From the NCBI GenBank assembly GCA_030603275.1, contig JAUVYB010000008.1:98-64097 (forward strand): 64,000 nt of DNA, in the 5' to 3' direction. Made by a program: the position numbers and the translations under genes. Positions 18,055-26,653 of the stretch are shown piece by piece; the stretch's first letter is position 1, and every line of letters begins with the position of its first letter. The notes below the pieces were generated by a model. The model was not told the DNA's origin and did no database searches. It saw only the letters and a program-made list of their open reading frames with translations. This DNA is from Deltaproteobacteria bacterium. Lineage in GTDB: Bacteria > Chloroflexota > Dehalococcoidia > Dehalococcoidales > BS750m-G39.

Positions 18055-18182
18055 TCAGGCAATCCCCTCCGTTTTTAACAGCAGCGGCGCATAATTTGAC
18101 ATGCAAGGTTTTTATCGGTTAAAGTCGGCTGATACTGTCTCATCTATAGCCTATAGCCGCCATCTCCAGATAGGATACGATA

Positions 18183-19352
18183 TTGCCCCAAGAGAAGTTA
18201 TATAAGAATAGAAACTTTCAAATAGTACTAGGTATAACCCTGATGGCGGTGATGGGGGTATCCAGCATTTCCCCCGCCTTTCCCCGAATTATTGAAGCGT
18301 TAAACATATCCGAGACAGAGGTGGGGATGCTGATAGTCGCCTTCACCATCCCCGGCGTGGTTCTGTCCCCATTTATCGGCATCCTCGCCGACAGGTTAGG
18401 CAGAAAGCGGATAATAGTGCCATCCCTTTTCCTCTTCGGACTGGCTGGTGGCGCCTGCGCTCTGGTAACCGAATTTGACACTCTCATCGCTCTCAGAGTG
18501 GTACAGGGGATTGGCGCTATTTCTCTGGCTACCCTTAATATTACCATTCTCGGCGACCTGTTTCACGGAGAGCAGAGAGCGGCGGCGATAGGGCTTAATG
18601 CCAGTGTGCTGAACGTAGGGGTTGCCGCCTATCCCCTGCTTGGTGGAGCCCTGGCAATATTCGCCTGGAACTACCCCTTTCTCCTGCCGTTGATTGCCAT
18701 ACCCATTGGCTTTATCGTCCTTTTCGGGTTAAACAACCCCGAACCCAGGAGCAGAGAAAGCCTGCGGGAATATCTGGGCAGCGCCTGGGGCTATCTTAAG
18801 AACATCAAAGTTGCCAGCGCCTTTACAGCGGGCGTGATTCTCTTCGTAATTCTTTATGGACCTTATCAAACCTACTTGAGCATTTACCTGGCGGATTCTT
18901 TTGAGGCCTCATCCCTTCTTATCGGCGTTATTCTTTCCACTGCGGCAGTTACCTCGGCGCTGGTTTCTTCACAGCTGGGGAAAATAGTCAGGCTGATATC
19001 GGTGCCAGACCTGGTTAAGCTCGGTTTCGTCCTGCAAGCGGTATCCCTGGCCCTGCTCCCCTTTTTACCACGAGCGGGGTTAATACTGATATCCACCTTC
19101 ATTATGGGACTGGGCATGGGGGTATTGCTTCCTGGCTTAATGACTTACATCGCTGGAGTGGCACCCCTGGAATACCGCGCCGCCGTGATGTCGATAAACT
19201 CGACAATGATACGGGTGGGGCAGACTCTGGGGCCGCTGATTTTCGGGCTGGTCTATATCTATTCTGACTTTGAGGGTGTCTTCCTTTGTGGTGCCGGATT
19301 AGCACTGCTCACGGCTGTTGTCGGCTTTGTCGGCGGGAAAATGATTCGCTGA
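18183..19352 (+). CDS. MFS transporter
   Basis: 389 aa with about 12 TM helices and the MFS loop motif ADRLGRKR. The start codon (TTG at 18183) is uncertain. Confidence 0.8.
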   Translation: MPQEKLYKNRNFQIVLGITLMAVMGVSSISPAFPRIIEALNISETEVGMLIVAFTIPGVVLSPFIGILADRLGRKRIIVPSLFLFGLAGGACALVTEFDTLIALRVVQGIGAISLATLNITILGDLFHGEQRAAAIGLNASVLNVGVAAYPLLGGALAIFAWNYPFLLPLIAIPIGFIVLFGLNNPEPRSRESLREYLGSAWGYLKNIKVASAFTAGVILFVILYGPYQTYLSIYLADSFEASSLLIGVILSTAAVTSALVSSQLGKIVRLISVPDLVKLGFVLQAVSLALLPFLPRAGLILISTFIMGLGMGVLLPGLMTYIAGVAPLEYRAAVMSINSTMIRVGQTLGPLIFGLVYIYSDFEGVFLCGAGLALLTAVVGFVGGKMIR

Positions 19353-19405
19353 CTGGCACTTCTCTCCAAAATTTTGTTGTTCCCCCCTTTCCCCCAAAGT
19401 GTGAG

Positions 19406-19459
19406 AGAGGTCTAACCTCTATTGGGTGGGAGGGTGGGAAGCAAAACGCTCTCTAAAAA
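19406..19459 (+). repeat. 54-nt direct repeat identical to 18001-18054
   Basis: agaggtctaacctctattgggtgggagggtgggaagcaaaacgctctctaaaaa occurs at both sites, flanking the MFS gene. Confidence 0.9.
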
Positions 19460-19565
19460 CTGGGCGATTCCCCCTTTTTGATAGTTCTCTTGCTTCCCAC
19501 CATCTACCTTCAGGGGCTGTGCCCCCAATCTCCAGCTTTTGTTGGGGGTAATATAAACGAAACTA

Positions 19566-19594
19566 TTGACAGTTACTATCAGGTGGAGTAAATT
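19566..19594 (+). promoter_or_regulatory. sigma-70-type promoter (TTGACA-17-TAAATT)
   Basis: Exact -35 and a TAnnnT -10, upstream of a small ORF and the DUF4389-like gene. Confidence 0.5.
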
Positions 19595-19727
19595 TTGTCT
19601 AGCTAACCAAAAAATAATGGAGGTGAAGAATGGCACAGCCAAGCGGTTATTCGGTTTCGGTCAGGGGCGAGCTTACCGAGCCGCTGGCGCAGGGGGCGGC
19701 TATAAAAAAGAGTAAGGAGGGACTGAC

Positions 19728-20366
19728 ATGGTAGAAATTTCAAATAAGTACCCGATGAGCCTATCCATTGATTACCCCGACAGAGCGTTAAACAGACTGA
19801 CTACTTTTTTTAGGATTTTCACCGTAATTCCAATTTTTATCATCTTGAGCTTACTTACCGGTGGCTCAGGCCAAGGGGGCGGAGATGGTGGCTGGAGTTA
19901 CCAGTATGCCGTTACTGGACTTGTTGTTCTACCCCTCGTATTAATGCTGCTCTTCCGAAAGAAATATCCCAGGTGGTGGTTTGACTGGAATATAGCTTTA
20001 ATCAAGTTTAGCACCCGCGTCTCAGCTTACCTGGCGCTTCTCGGGGATGAATATCCCTCCACGGATGAAGAACAGGCTGTCCATCTTGAAATACCATACC
20101 CGGACGCATCAGCAGCCCTTAAGCGTGGGCTACCGCTGGTAAAATGGTTTTTGGCCATCCCGCACTACATCATTCTTTTTTTCCTTTTTATCGCTGTCCT
20201 GGTGTCCGTAGTGATTGCCTGGTTTGCCATATTGTTTACCGGCCGTTATCCCCGGGGCCTGTTTGATTTTGTGGTCGGCGTAGTCCGGTGGTCTCTGAGA
20301 GTAGAAGTGTATGCTTTGCTGTTGACCACCGACCGCTACCCGCCTTTCCGCCTCTGGGACGATTAA
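19728..20366 (+). CDS. DUF4389-like membrane protein
   Basis: 212 aa with four hydrophobic segments and a C-terminal TGRYPRGLFDF...RYPPF pattern as in DUF4389 proteins. GGAGG RBS. Confidence 0.6.
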   Translation: MVEISNKYPMSLSIDYPDRALNRLTTFFRIFTVIPIFIILSLLTGGSGQGGGDGGWSYQYAVTGLVVLPLVLMLLFRKKYPRWWFDWNIALIKFSTRVSAYLALLGDEYPSTDEEQAVHLEIPYPDASAALKRGLPLVKWFLAIPHYIILFFLFIAVLVSVVIAWFAILFTGRYPRGLFDFVVGVVRWSLRVEVYALLLTTDRYPPFRLWDD

Positions 20367-21169
20367 ACTTCCGGCTGGCATTTGGGGCAGAAGTAGCTGC
20401 CCCGGTTTCGTACCGGGATTCGTTGTAAGGGCGTGCCGCAGACAGGGCAGGACTGCCCCCGGCGGTGGGCCACCCGGAACTGGAAGTGGGCGGTGCCTAT
20501 TTGCCCGTCGGGGCGGAAGTAGGTATCGACGCTGGCTCCCTTATCGTTGATAGCGGCGGTTAGGACCTGCCGTATAGCGTTGTATAGACGCTTGATTTCT
20601 GCTGGCTTCAGGCTTCCCCCTGGTCTCATCGGGTGGATTTTAGCCAGGAAGAGGGCTTCGTCGGCGTACATATTGCCGATACCGGCGATAACATTCTGGT
20701 CACAGAGCAGGGCCTTTATCGGCGCCGTGCGCCTGGCCAAAGCTTTAGACAGCCTTTTAGCGGTGAAGCCCTCCTCCAGCGGTTCGGGGCCGAGCTTATC
20801 GGTGACGGTATTTTTATCCTCAACCAGCCACATCACCCCGAACTTGCGCGGGTCTCGGAAGTAGATTTTTTTGTCGCCGTCCAGGTGGATTACCGCCCGG
20901 GTAAACCGGTCCGGCGGGATTAGCCACAGCGAGCCGGTCATCTTGAGGTGAATTACCAGCGTCTGGCCGCTGGTCAAACTAAATAATAGATACTTTCCCC
21001 GCCTCCCTATTTCGGTTATCGTCTCCCCGATGAGGCGGGAGCCGAATTCCTCCACCGGGGGCTGGCGCACTATCCTCTCGTCGAAGAGGGTAATGCCGGT
21101 GATGGTGTGGCCGATAATATGGGGGGCCAGCTCGTTTTTTATGGTTTCTACTTCAGGCAGTTCCGGCAT
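20363..21169 (-). CDS. mutM: formamidopyrimidine-DNA glycosylase
   Basis: N-terminus MPELPEVE and C-terminal zinc finger CPVCG...CPKCQ. Confidence 0.92.
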   Translation of the reverse strand: MPELPEVETIKNELAPHIIGHTITGITLFDERIVRQPPVEEFGSRLIGETITEIGRRGKYLLFSLTSGQTLVIHLKMTGSLWLIPPDRFTRAVIHLDGDKKIYFRDPRKFGVMWLVEDKNTVTDKLGPEPLEEGFTAKRLSKALARRTAPIKALLCDQNVIAGIGNMYADEALFLAKIHPMRPGGSLKPAEIKRLYNAIRQVLTAAINDKGASVDTYFRPDGQIGTAHFQFRVAHRRGQSCPVCGTPLQRIPVRNRGSYFCPKCQPEV

Positions 21170-21185
21170 CTATTTTTATGGGGTG

Positions 21186-21268
21186 ACCCCATCCCCTTTA
21201 TCCCCTTCCTCTTGACAAGGGGAAGGGGAAGAATATTTTGAAAGAGGGGCGAAGCCCCTCTTAAACTC
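21186..21268 (+). repeat. family A repeat copy A3
   Basis: ccatcccctttatccccttcctcttgacaaggggaagggg...aaagaggggcgaagcccctcttaaac. On the minus strand hairpin 2 is followed by TTTC, so it could act as the polA terminator. Confidence 0.75.
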
Positions 21269-21312
21269 CTCATAATTGGGAGCTTTTGCTCCTTTTGGGC
21301 TTTCTTTCCCCC

Positions 21313-24027
21313 CTAAGGCTCCATCTCCCCCCAGTTGGGGCCGGTCTTGATATCCACCTTCAGGGGCACGCTGAGTTCTATAGCGGTGGACATCAGCTCG
21401 GCAGCCAGCTTTCCCATCTCTTTCTCCTCGGCTTCGGGCACCTCAAAGATAAGCTCGTCGTGCACCTGGAGCAGCATTCGGCTCTTTAGCTGGCGCCTGG
21501 CCATCTCGCGGTCGAGGTTTATCATGGCCACCTTGATGATATCGGCCGAGGTTCCCTGCACCGGCATATTTATGGCCATTCTCTCGGCGGCTTCCCGCAG
21601 CTGGCGGTTGGGGTGGTTTATTTCGGGGATGGCGCGCCTTCGGCCCAGGATGGTCTGGACGTAGCCATCTTTTCGGGCCTTTTCCTTGGTGGACTCCAGG
21701 TACTGCTTGACGCCGGGGTATTTCTCAAAGTAGGCGCTGATGAAGGCGGCGGCCTCCTCCCGTGAAAGCTCGGTAGCCTGCTGCAGCCCGTAGTCGCTCA
21801 TGCCGTAGATAACGCCGAAGTTGACCGTTTTGGCCGTACGCCGCATCTCCGGGGTCACTTTTCCGGGGTCGACGCCGAAGACCTGGGCAGCGGTGGCGCT
21901 ATGGATGTCCTCGTCGTGGCGGAAGGCGTCCAGCAGGCTCCTGTCCTGGGAAAGGTGGGCCAGGGCGCGCAGGTCAATCTGCGAATAGTCGGCCGACAGC
22001 AGATACGAACCCCTGGGGGCGATAAAGGCCTGCCTGACCTCTTTACCCATCTCCCCCCGCACCGGAATATTCTGCAGATTGGGCTCGCTGGAGGAGAGCC
22101 TTCCGGTGGCGGTGCGTGTCTGGTTGAAGCTGGTGTGCACCCGCCCCGTCCTGGGGTTGATTAAGTTAGGCAGGGCGTCGATGTAGGTGGACTTTATCTT
22201 GCTCAGCTGGCGGTAGTCCAGGATAAAGCCGATTACGGGGTGGACGCCGCGCAGCTCCTCCAGTATGGCGGCGCCGGTGGAGTAGCCGCCCTTGGTCTTG
22301 CGGGCGGTGGGCAGCCCCAGTTCATCAAAGAGGACGTTGCTCAGCTGCTGCGGCGAGTTTATGTTGAACTGGTGCCCCACGTTATCATATATATCTTTCT
22401 CCAGCTTAAAGAGCTGCTCGCCCAGGCGTTTGGACATCTGCTTTAGCAGCTCGGTATCCAGGGCGATTCCGGTTCTTTCCATGCCAAGAAGCACCGGCGT
22501 CAGCGGCATCTCGACCTCGGCGAATAATTGCCAGAGCCCCTGTTCTTTGAGCTCCGGCTCGAATATTTCGGCCAGCCTTAGCGTCATGTCGGCGTCGGCG
22601 CTGGCGTAGTCGGCGGCGCGGGTGATTTCTACCTGGGACATGGGAATCCGCTTGGCCCCCGCCCCGATAAGCTCACTGATGGGCGTCATCTCGATAGCCA
22701 GCCTGGCAAAGGCGAGGTTTTTTAAGCCCATAGATTTCTCCCCCAGCAGATAGGCGGCCACCATGCTGTCAAAGGTCAAATTTTGCACGGTTACGCCGTG
22801 TTCGGCCAGCACCGTCATGTCGTATTTGCCGTTGTGGGCCAGCTTGGCTAATTTCTTATCTTCCAGAAGTGGCTTGAGCTTCTCTATGACCTCTTCCAGG
22901 GGCAGCTGCCCTATCGGGTCCAGCCCCATGTGCCCCACCGGGACGTAATAGGCCTCCCCCGGCGCCGGCGAAAAAGATAAACCCACCAGCCGGGCGGCCA
23001 TCGGGTTGAGGCTGGTGGTCTCGGTGTCAAAGGCAAAGGTTTTAGCCGCGGACAGGCGCTTTACCAGCTTATCAAGGTCTTTGGTTGTACTCACGATTTT
23101 GTAGGCGCCCTGCGGCGGCTTGGCTTCAAGACTGGCGGCCCCCCCGGTCTCCATCTGGGGCAGCTTGGGCAGCAGGCTGGCGAACTCAAGCTCGCGGAAG
23201 AGCTCGGTCGCCTTACTGCGGTCGTACCGGCTCACCCGGCAGTCATCGGGTTTTAGCTCCACCGGCGTCCCGGTAACGATGGTGGCCAGCTCCTTGCTCT
23301 GGCGGGCGATGGCCTCGTTATCTTTGAGCAGGCTCTGGAGCCTGGGCGGCGTCACCTCATCTATGTGCCTGTAAATTTCCTCTATGGAGCCGAACTGCTG
23401 GATAAGCTTTACCGCCGTCTTGGCGCCGATGCCGGCCACACCGGGGATATTATCCGATGGGTCACCCGCCAGCCCTTTCAGGTCGGTAATCTGCTCCGGC
23501 TTAACGCCGTACTTCTCGCCTACCGCCGCCGCGTCGTAGAGCATGGTGTTGCTGAAACCCCCCTTGGGTCTGGGGTAGAGCACTTTTACCTTTGGCGAGA
23601 CCAGCTGCATGGTGTCGGCGTCGCCGGTAACGATTATGGTATCTATGTCCTTCCGGCTGGCCTGCCGGCTCAACGCCCCCAGGATGTCGTCGGCTTCATA
23701 GCCCTGCAGCTCAAAGATGGGGATGTTAAAGGCTTCCACCAGCTGCTTTACCCGCCCCAGCTGCCCCACCAGCTCCTCCGGGGTCTTGGGCCGGTGCGCC
23801 TTGTACTGGTCGAAAAGCTCGTGCCGGAAGGTGGGCCCTTTCATGTCGAAGGCGATGGCACAGTGGCTGGGCTTTATTTCGTTGATGACTTTGAGCAGCA
23901 TCAGGGCGAAGCCGTAGACGGCGCCGACGGTCTCGCCGGTCTGGCGCACGGTGAGCGGGGGCAGGGCGTGGAAGGCACGGTGAATCAGGGCATTGCCGTC
24001 AAACAGCACCAGCAGCGGCTTTTTCAT
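21313..24027 (-). CDS. polA: DNA polymerase I
   Basis: 904 aa with a 5'-nuclease N-terminus, a 3'-5' exonuclease-like region and pol motifs DYSQIDLR and QVHDELIFE. Confidence 0.97.
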   Translation of the reverse strand: MKKPLLVLFDGNALIHRAFHALPPLTVRQTGETVGAVYGFALMLLKVINEIKPSHCAIAFDMKGPTFRHELFDQYKAHRPKTPEELVGQLGRVKQLVEAFNIPIFELQGYEADDILGALSRQASRKDIDTIIVTGDADTMQLVSPKVKVLYPRPKGGFSNTMLYDAAAVGEKYGVKPEQITDLKGLAGDPSDNIPGVAGIGAKTAVKLIQQFGSIEEIYRHIDEVTPPRLQSLLKDNEAIARQSKELATIVTGTPVELKPDDCRVSRYDRSKATELFRELEFASLLPKLPQMETGGAASLEAKPPQGAYKIVSTTKDLDKLVKRLSAAKTFAFDTETTSLNPMAARLVGLSFSPAPGEAYYVPVGHMGLDPIGQLPLEEVIEKLKPLLEDKKLAKLAHNGKYDMTVLAEHGVTVQNLTFDSMVAAYLLGEKSMGLKNLAFARLAIEMTPISELIGAGAKRIPMSQVEITRAADYASADADMTLRLAEIFEPELKEQGLWQLFAEVEMPLTPVLLGMERTGIALDTELLKQMSKRLGEQLFKLEKDIYDNVGHQFNINSPQQLSNVLFDELGLPTARKTKGGYSTGAAILEELRGVHPVIGFILDYRQLSKIKSTYIDALPNLINPRTGRVHTSFNQTRTATGRLSSSEPNLQNIPVRGEMGKEVRQAFIAPRGSYLLSADYSQIDLRALAHLSQDRSLLDAFRHDEDIHSATAAQVFGVDPGKVTPEMRRTAKTVNFGVIYGMSDYGLQQATELSREEAAAFISAYFEKYPGVKQYLESTKEKARKDGYVQTILGRRRAIPEINHPNRQLREAAERMAINMPVQGTSADIIKVAMINLDREMARRQLKSRMLLQVHDELIFEVPEAEEKEMGKLAAELMSTAIELSVPLKVDIKTGPNWGEMEP

Positions 24028-24033
24028 AGCTTA

Positions 24034-24062
24034 ATTATAGCAGAGTGAGGGGATAATGGCAG
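24034..24062 (-). promoter_or_regulatory. promoter of polA with the -10 only 6 nt from the ATG (CTGCCA-17-TATAAT)
   Basis: The reverse complement reads ctgccattatcccctcactctgcTATAATtaagctATG. No SD fits in the 6-nt gap. Confidence 0.45.
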
Positions 24063-24132
24063 GAGAAAGTGGCGCTGTTTTGGGTTGTTTTTCTTTCCAC
24101 TCCTCCCCCCATTTTTAACAGTTCTCTTTCAC

Positions 24133-24214
24133 TCTCCCCCTTTATCCCCAATCTCCCGTTTTCGTGAGGGGGAAGAATAAATAAGAGGGGGCTTTAGCCC
24201 CCTCTTAAACTCCC
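24133..24214 (+). repeat. family A repeat copy A4 (degenerate hairpin 1)
   Basis: ctccccctttatcccca...gagggggaag...aagagggggctttagccccctcttaaac. Confidence 0.65.
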
Positions 24215-24241
24215 TGTGTCAGGATAATTTCGGTCATTTGC

Positions 24242-24496
24242 CTATGACTCTTCTATCTTCTCCACCTCGAGGGTGCACTCGGTGACCAGGGCGGCAAAGG
24301 CGCCCAGGGCCGCCAGCAGCGGGGCTATCATGATGGTTGCTGCCGCCGCCGGCGCTCCTACCGAAAGCGGTATCTCCAGCACCGTCCGCCCCTCGTGAAT
24401 CACCCGCACTGTTCTGATGTTGCCTTCGTGGATGAGTTGCTTGACCTTCTCCACTACTTTATCCCCGTCTATGGTGAATTTCTCATTGGTGCTCAT
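24242..24496 (-). CDS. DUF4342-like small protein
   Basis: 84 aa. N-terminal FTIDGDKVVEKVKQLIHEGNIR..V....G..VLEIPL followed by one hydrophobic helix. Confidence 0.6.
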   Translation of the reverse strand: MSTNEKFTIDGDKVVEKVKQLIHEGNIRTVRVIHEGRTVLEIPLSVGAPAAAATIMIAPLLAALGAFAALVTECTLEVEKIEES

Positions 24497-24565
24497 AGTT
24501 TTTACCCTCCAGGGGCATATTAGGTGGTCGCTTAAAGGGTGTCAAGACCTATTTTATGGACTTTA

Positions 24566-24657
24566 TCAACCTCACCCCCTGTATCCCCCTCTCCACTCTT
24601 GGAGAGGGGGAGGATTTTTTTAAGAAGAGGGGGCGTTAGCCCCCTCTTAAACACCCC
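24566..24657 (+). repeat. family A repeat copy A5
   Basis: tcaacctcaccccctgtatccccctctccactcttggagagggggagg...aagagggggcgttagccccctcttaaacaccc. Confidence 0.8.
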
Positions 24658-24702
24658 CACTTCTCAGTTCTAACCCCCACCAGAACGTCTTAGAAACTTC
24701 AC

Positions 24703-24735
24703 GGGGCCCCCGAAAAAACGAAGTTTTTTTGGGGT
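24703..24735 (-). repeat. family C hairpin element (inverted relative to 8463-8495)
   Basis: ggggcccccgaaaaaacgaagtttttttggggt matches the reverse complement of 8463-8495 at 31 of 33 positions. Confidence 0.7.
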
Positions 24736-24935
24736 AAAAGCCCCCTCTTAAACACCCTCTTAGCCTCTACTTACCATAACGCTAAAAACAAATCCCCGTC
24801 GCTAGCCACGCCTGAATTGTTTCCCCCATTTTTTTAGTGCTGTTTTTGTCGCCTCCCCTTTTCCCCCCACCCAATAAGGAAAAACTAGCCCATCAGAGGC
24901 TCCATCCCCACTGTTTTTCGTGCCTGAAATCCGTA

Positions 24936-24963
24936 TTGAATAATTCTCTTTTCGTGCTATACT
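24936..24963 (+). promoter_or_regulatory. promoter of argF (TTGAAT-16-TATACT), -10 is 7 nt from the ATG
   Basis: TTGAATaattctcttttcgtgcTATACTgaggtcaATG. Confidence 0.45.
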
Positions 24964-24970
24964 GAGGTCA

Positions 24971-25909
24971 ATGAAGAAAGATTTACTCTCAATAGCTGAC
25001 CTCGGCGTTGAGGACATCCGCCTGCTCATCTCGGACGCCATTGACATGAAAGCGCAGGGCTGGGTATCCAGCTTAAGCGGCAAGACGCTGGCGCTCATGT
25101 TCCAAAAGCCCTCGCTGCGCACCCGCGTCAGCTTCGAACTGGCCATGCGCCAGCTGGGCGGCCAGACGGTCTATCTGTCCCCGGCCGAAGTCGGCCTGGG
25201 AGAGCGGGAATCTGTTGCCGATGTGGCCCGTGTGCTCAGCCGCTATGTGGATGCCATCACCGCCCGCACCTTTTCCCACCAGACCCTGGAGGCTCTGGCC
25301 GGTTACGCCGGGGTGCCGGTGATAAACGCCCTCTCCGACCGTGAGCACCCCTGTCAGGCGCTGGCCGACCTTATGACCGTCTGCGAGAAGAAAGGGGACT
25401 TAAGCGGTCTCACTCTGGCCTTCATCGGCGATGGCAACAACGTAGCCCGCAGCCTGATGCTGGCGGCCTCGCTTGCCGGCATGAATTTCCGTATTGCCAC
25501 CCCTGCCGGCTACGCTATTGATGATAAAACGTTCAATCTGGCGCAGAGCAACGCCGTCGGCACCGGCGCCCGGATATTCTGCACCGAAGACCCCCGCCAG
25601 GCGGTCACCGATGCTGATGTCGTCTACACCGATGTCTGGACCAGCATGGGGCAGGAGGCCGAAGCCAAATCACGGCGCAAGGCATTTGCCAAATATCAGG
25701 TGGATAATGAGTTACTCTCCCTGGCCAGGGAGAATGTCATATTCATGCACCCCTTACCGGCTCATCACGGGGAGGAGGTGGCGGAGGGGATTATAGATAG
25801 TCCCGCTTCAGTGGTCTTCGACCAGGCGGAAAACCGGCTGCACCTGCAGAAAGCGTTGCTGGCGGCCATGCTGGGGGGCCTGGAGATTCCGCTGGCGGGC
25901 TATCGTTAG
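24971..25909 (+). CDS. argF: ornithine carbamoyltransferase
   Basis: Motifs SLRTRVSFE, HPCQALAD, GDGNNVA, DVWTSMGQE and DQAENRLHLQKA are of the OTCase rather than the ATCase type. Confidence 0.88.
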   Translation: MKKDLLSIADLGVEDIRLLISDAIDMKAQGWVSSLSGKTLALMFQKPSLRTRVSFELAMRQLGGQTVYLSPAEVGLGERESVADVARVLSRYVDAITARTFSHQTLEALAGYAGVPVINALSDREHPCQALADLMTVCEKKGDLSGLTLAFIGDGNNVARSLMLAASLAGMNFRIATPAGYAIDDKTFNLAQSNAVGTGARIFCTEDPRQAVTDADVVYTDVWTSMGQEAEAKSRRKAFAKYQVDNELLSLARENVIFMHPLPAHHGEEVAEGIIDSPASVVFDQAENRLHLQKALLAAMLGGLEIPLAGYR

Positions 25910-25921
25910 GAGGTGGCTAAG

Positions 25922-26647
25922 ATGTTAAGAAAATTAGTGAGCTGGGGCTGGAGCCCCTTCTTGATTACGGCGCTGGCGGTGGTTGGAGCTATCTTTGAGT
26001 GGCCTATAGAAGCCTTAGGACCGTTGATGGTGGTTATCCTGATTATCGGCCTGGTGATAGTGGCCACCGCCGCCAGGGAAAAGCGGCTGGAAGAGCTGGC
26101 GCTCAGGCTGAATGAGCTGGGCGGGCATTTCCACCGCCGCTTCATGGGTGATTCCTCGCTGTCTATCTTCATCGTTATCCGCACCCTGCTCACCACCGAT
26201 AACGCCCGGGTCTGGGCCTGGGCACGGGAGTGTGAGGTAGCCCAGCGGATTTTCAACACCTGGTGCAGCAGCTTTGCCACCCGGCTGGAGAGCGATATCA
26301 GGGGACGGCGCTTTAAAACCTACCTGCGCACCAGCCTGAACGAGCTCTGGTTGCTCAACACCCACTACTACGAGTTCATCGAGCAGTTCACCGAGGTGGC
26401 GGAGAAGACTGATCTGCCGCCGGAGACGATGGAGCTTTATAATCGGTTTGCCGTGGAATATAACGCCTTTATCCAGGACTTCCGGAACAGCATTGCCGAA
26501 CTGAGGGAGTTTGCCCGCACCGAGATTGAGCCCCCCAGCGTCAACTTCGCCAAGGAGCTGCGGTGTAGGCCCCTTCCGGTGGAACCGAAGCGGGAGGAGA
26601 GGAAGCCGCCCCCGCCGAGACACGAAGGCGGCTTTATCACCGGTTAG
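25922..26647 (+). CDS. hypothetical membrane protein
   Basis: Two N-terminal TM helices, then a helical cytoplasmic region and a Pro/Arg-rich tail. The ATG at 25922 is 8 nt after a GGAGG. No recognisable motif. Confidence 0.6.
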   Translation: MLRKLVSWGWSPFLITALAVVGAIFEWPIEALGPLMVVILIIGLVIVATAAREKRLEELALRLNELGGHFHRRFMGDSSLSIFIVIRTLLTTDNARVWAWARECEVAQRIFNTWCSSFATRLESDIRGRRFKTYLRTSLNELWLLNTHYYEFIEQFTEVAEKTDLPPETMELYNRFAVEYNAFIQDFRNSIAELREFARTEIEPPSVNFAKELRCRPLPVEPKREERKPPPPRHEGGFITG

Positions 26648-26653
26648 CTGGAG

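Noticed and set aside
14986-19460. An integron cassette array (single plus-strand genes, including a GNAT, each followed by a structured repeat resembling attC).
   Set aside because: The same repeats also sit between core minus-strand genes (polA/mutM, dnaK/dnaJ, after rho). I saw no GTTRRRY core sites at the repeat ends and no intI in the window. A REP/MITE-like family fits better.
19631-19645. A second sigma-54 promoter (TGGCACagccaAGCG).
   Set aside because: The -12 element is AGCG with the GC displaced by one position. The sequence also overlaps a plausible small-ORF start.
24933-24950. An ArgR/AhrC ARG box upstream of argF (TTGAATAATTC).
   Set aside because: Only one half-site matches and the second half (ATTCA) is missing. 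The sequence is better explained as the -35 hexamer of the argF promoter.
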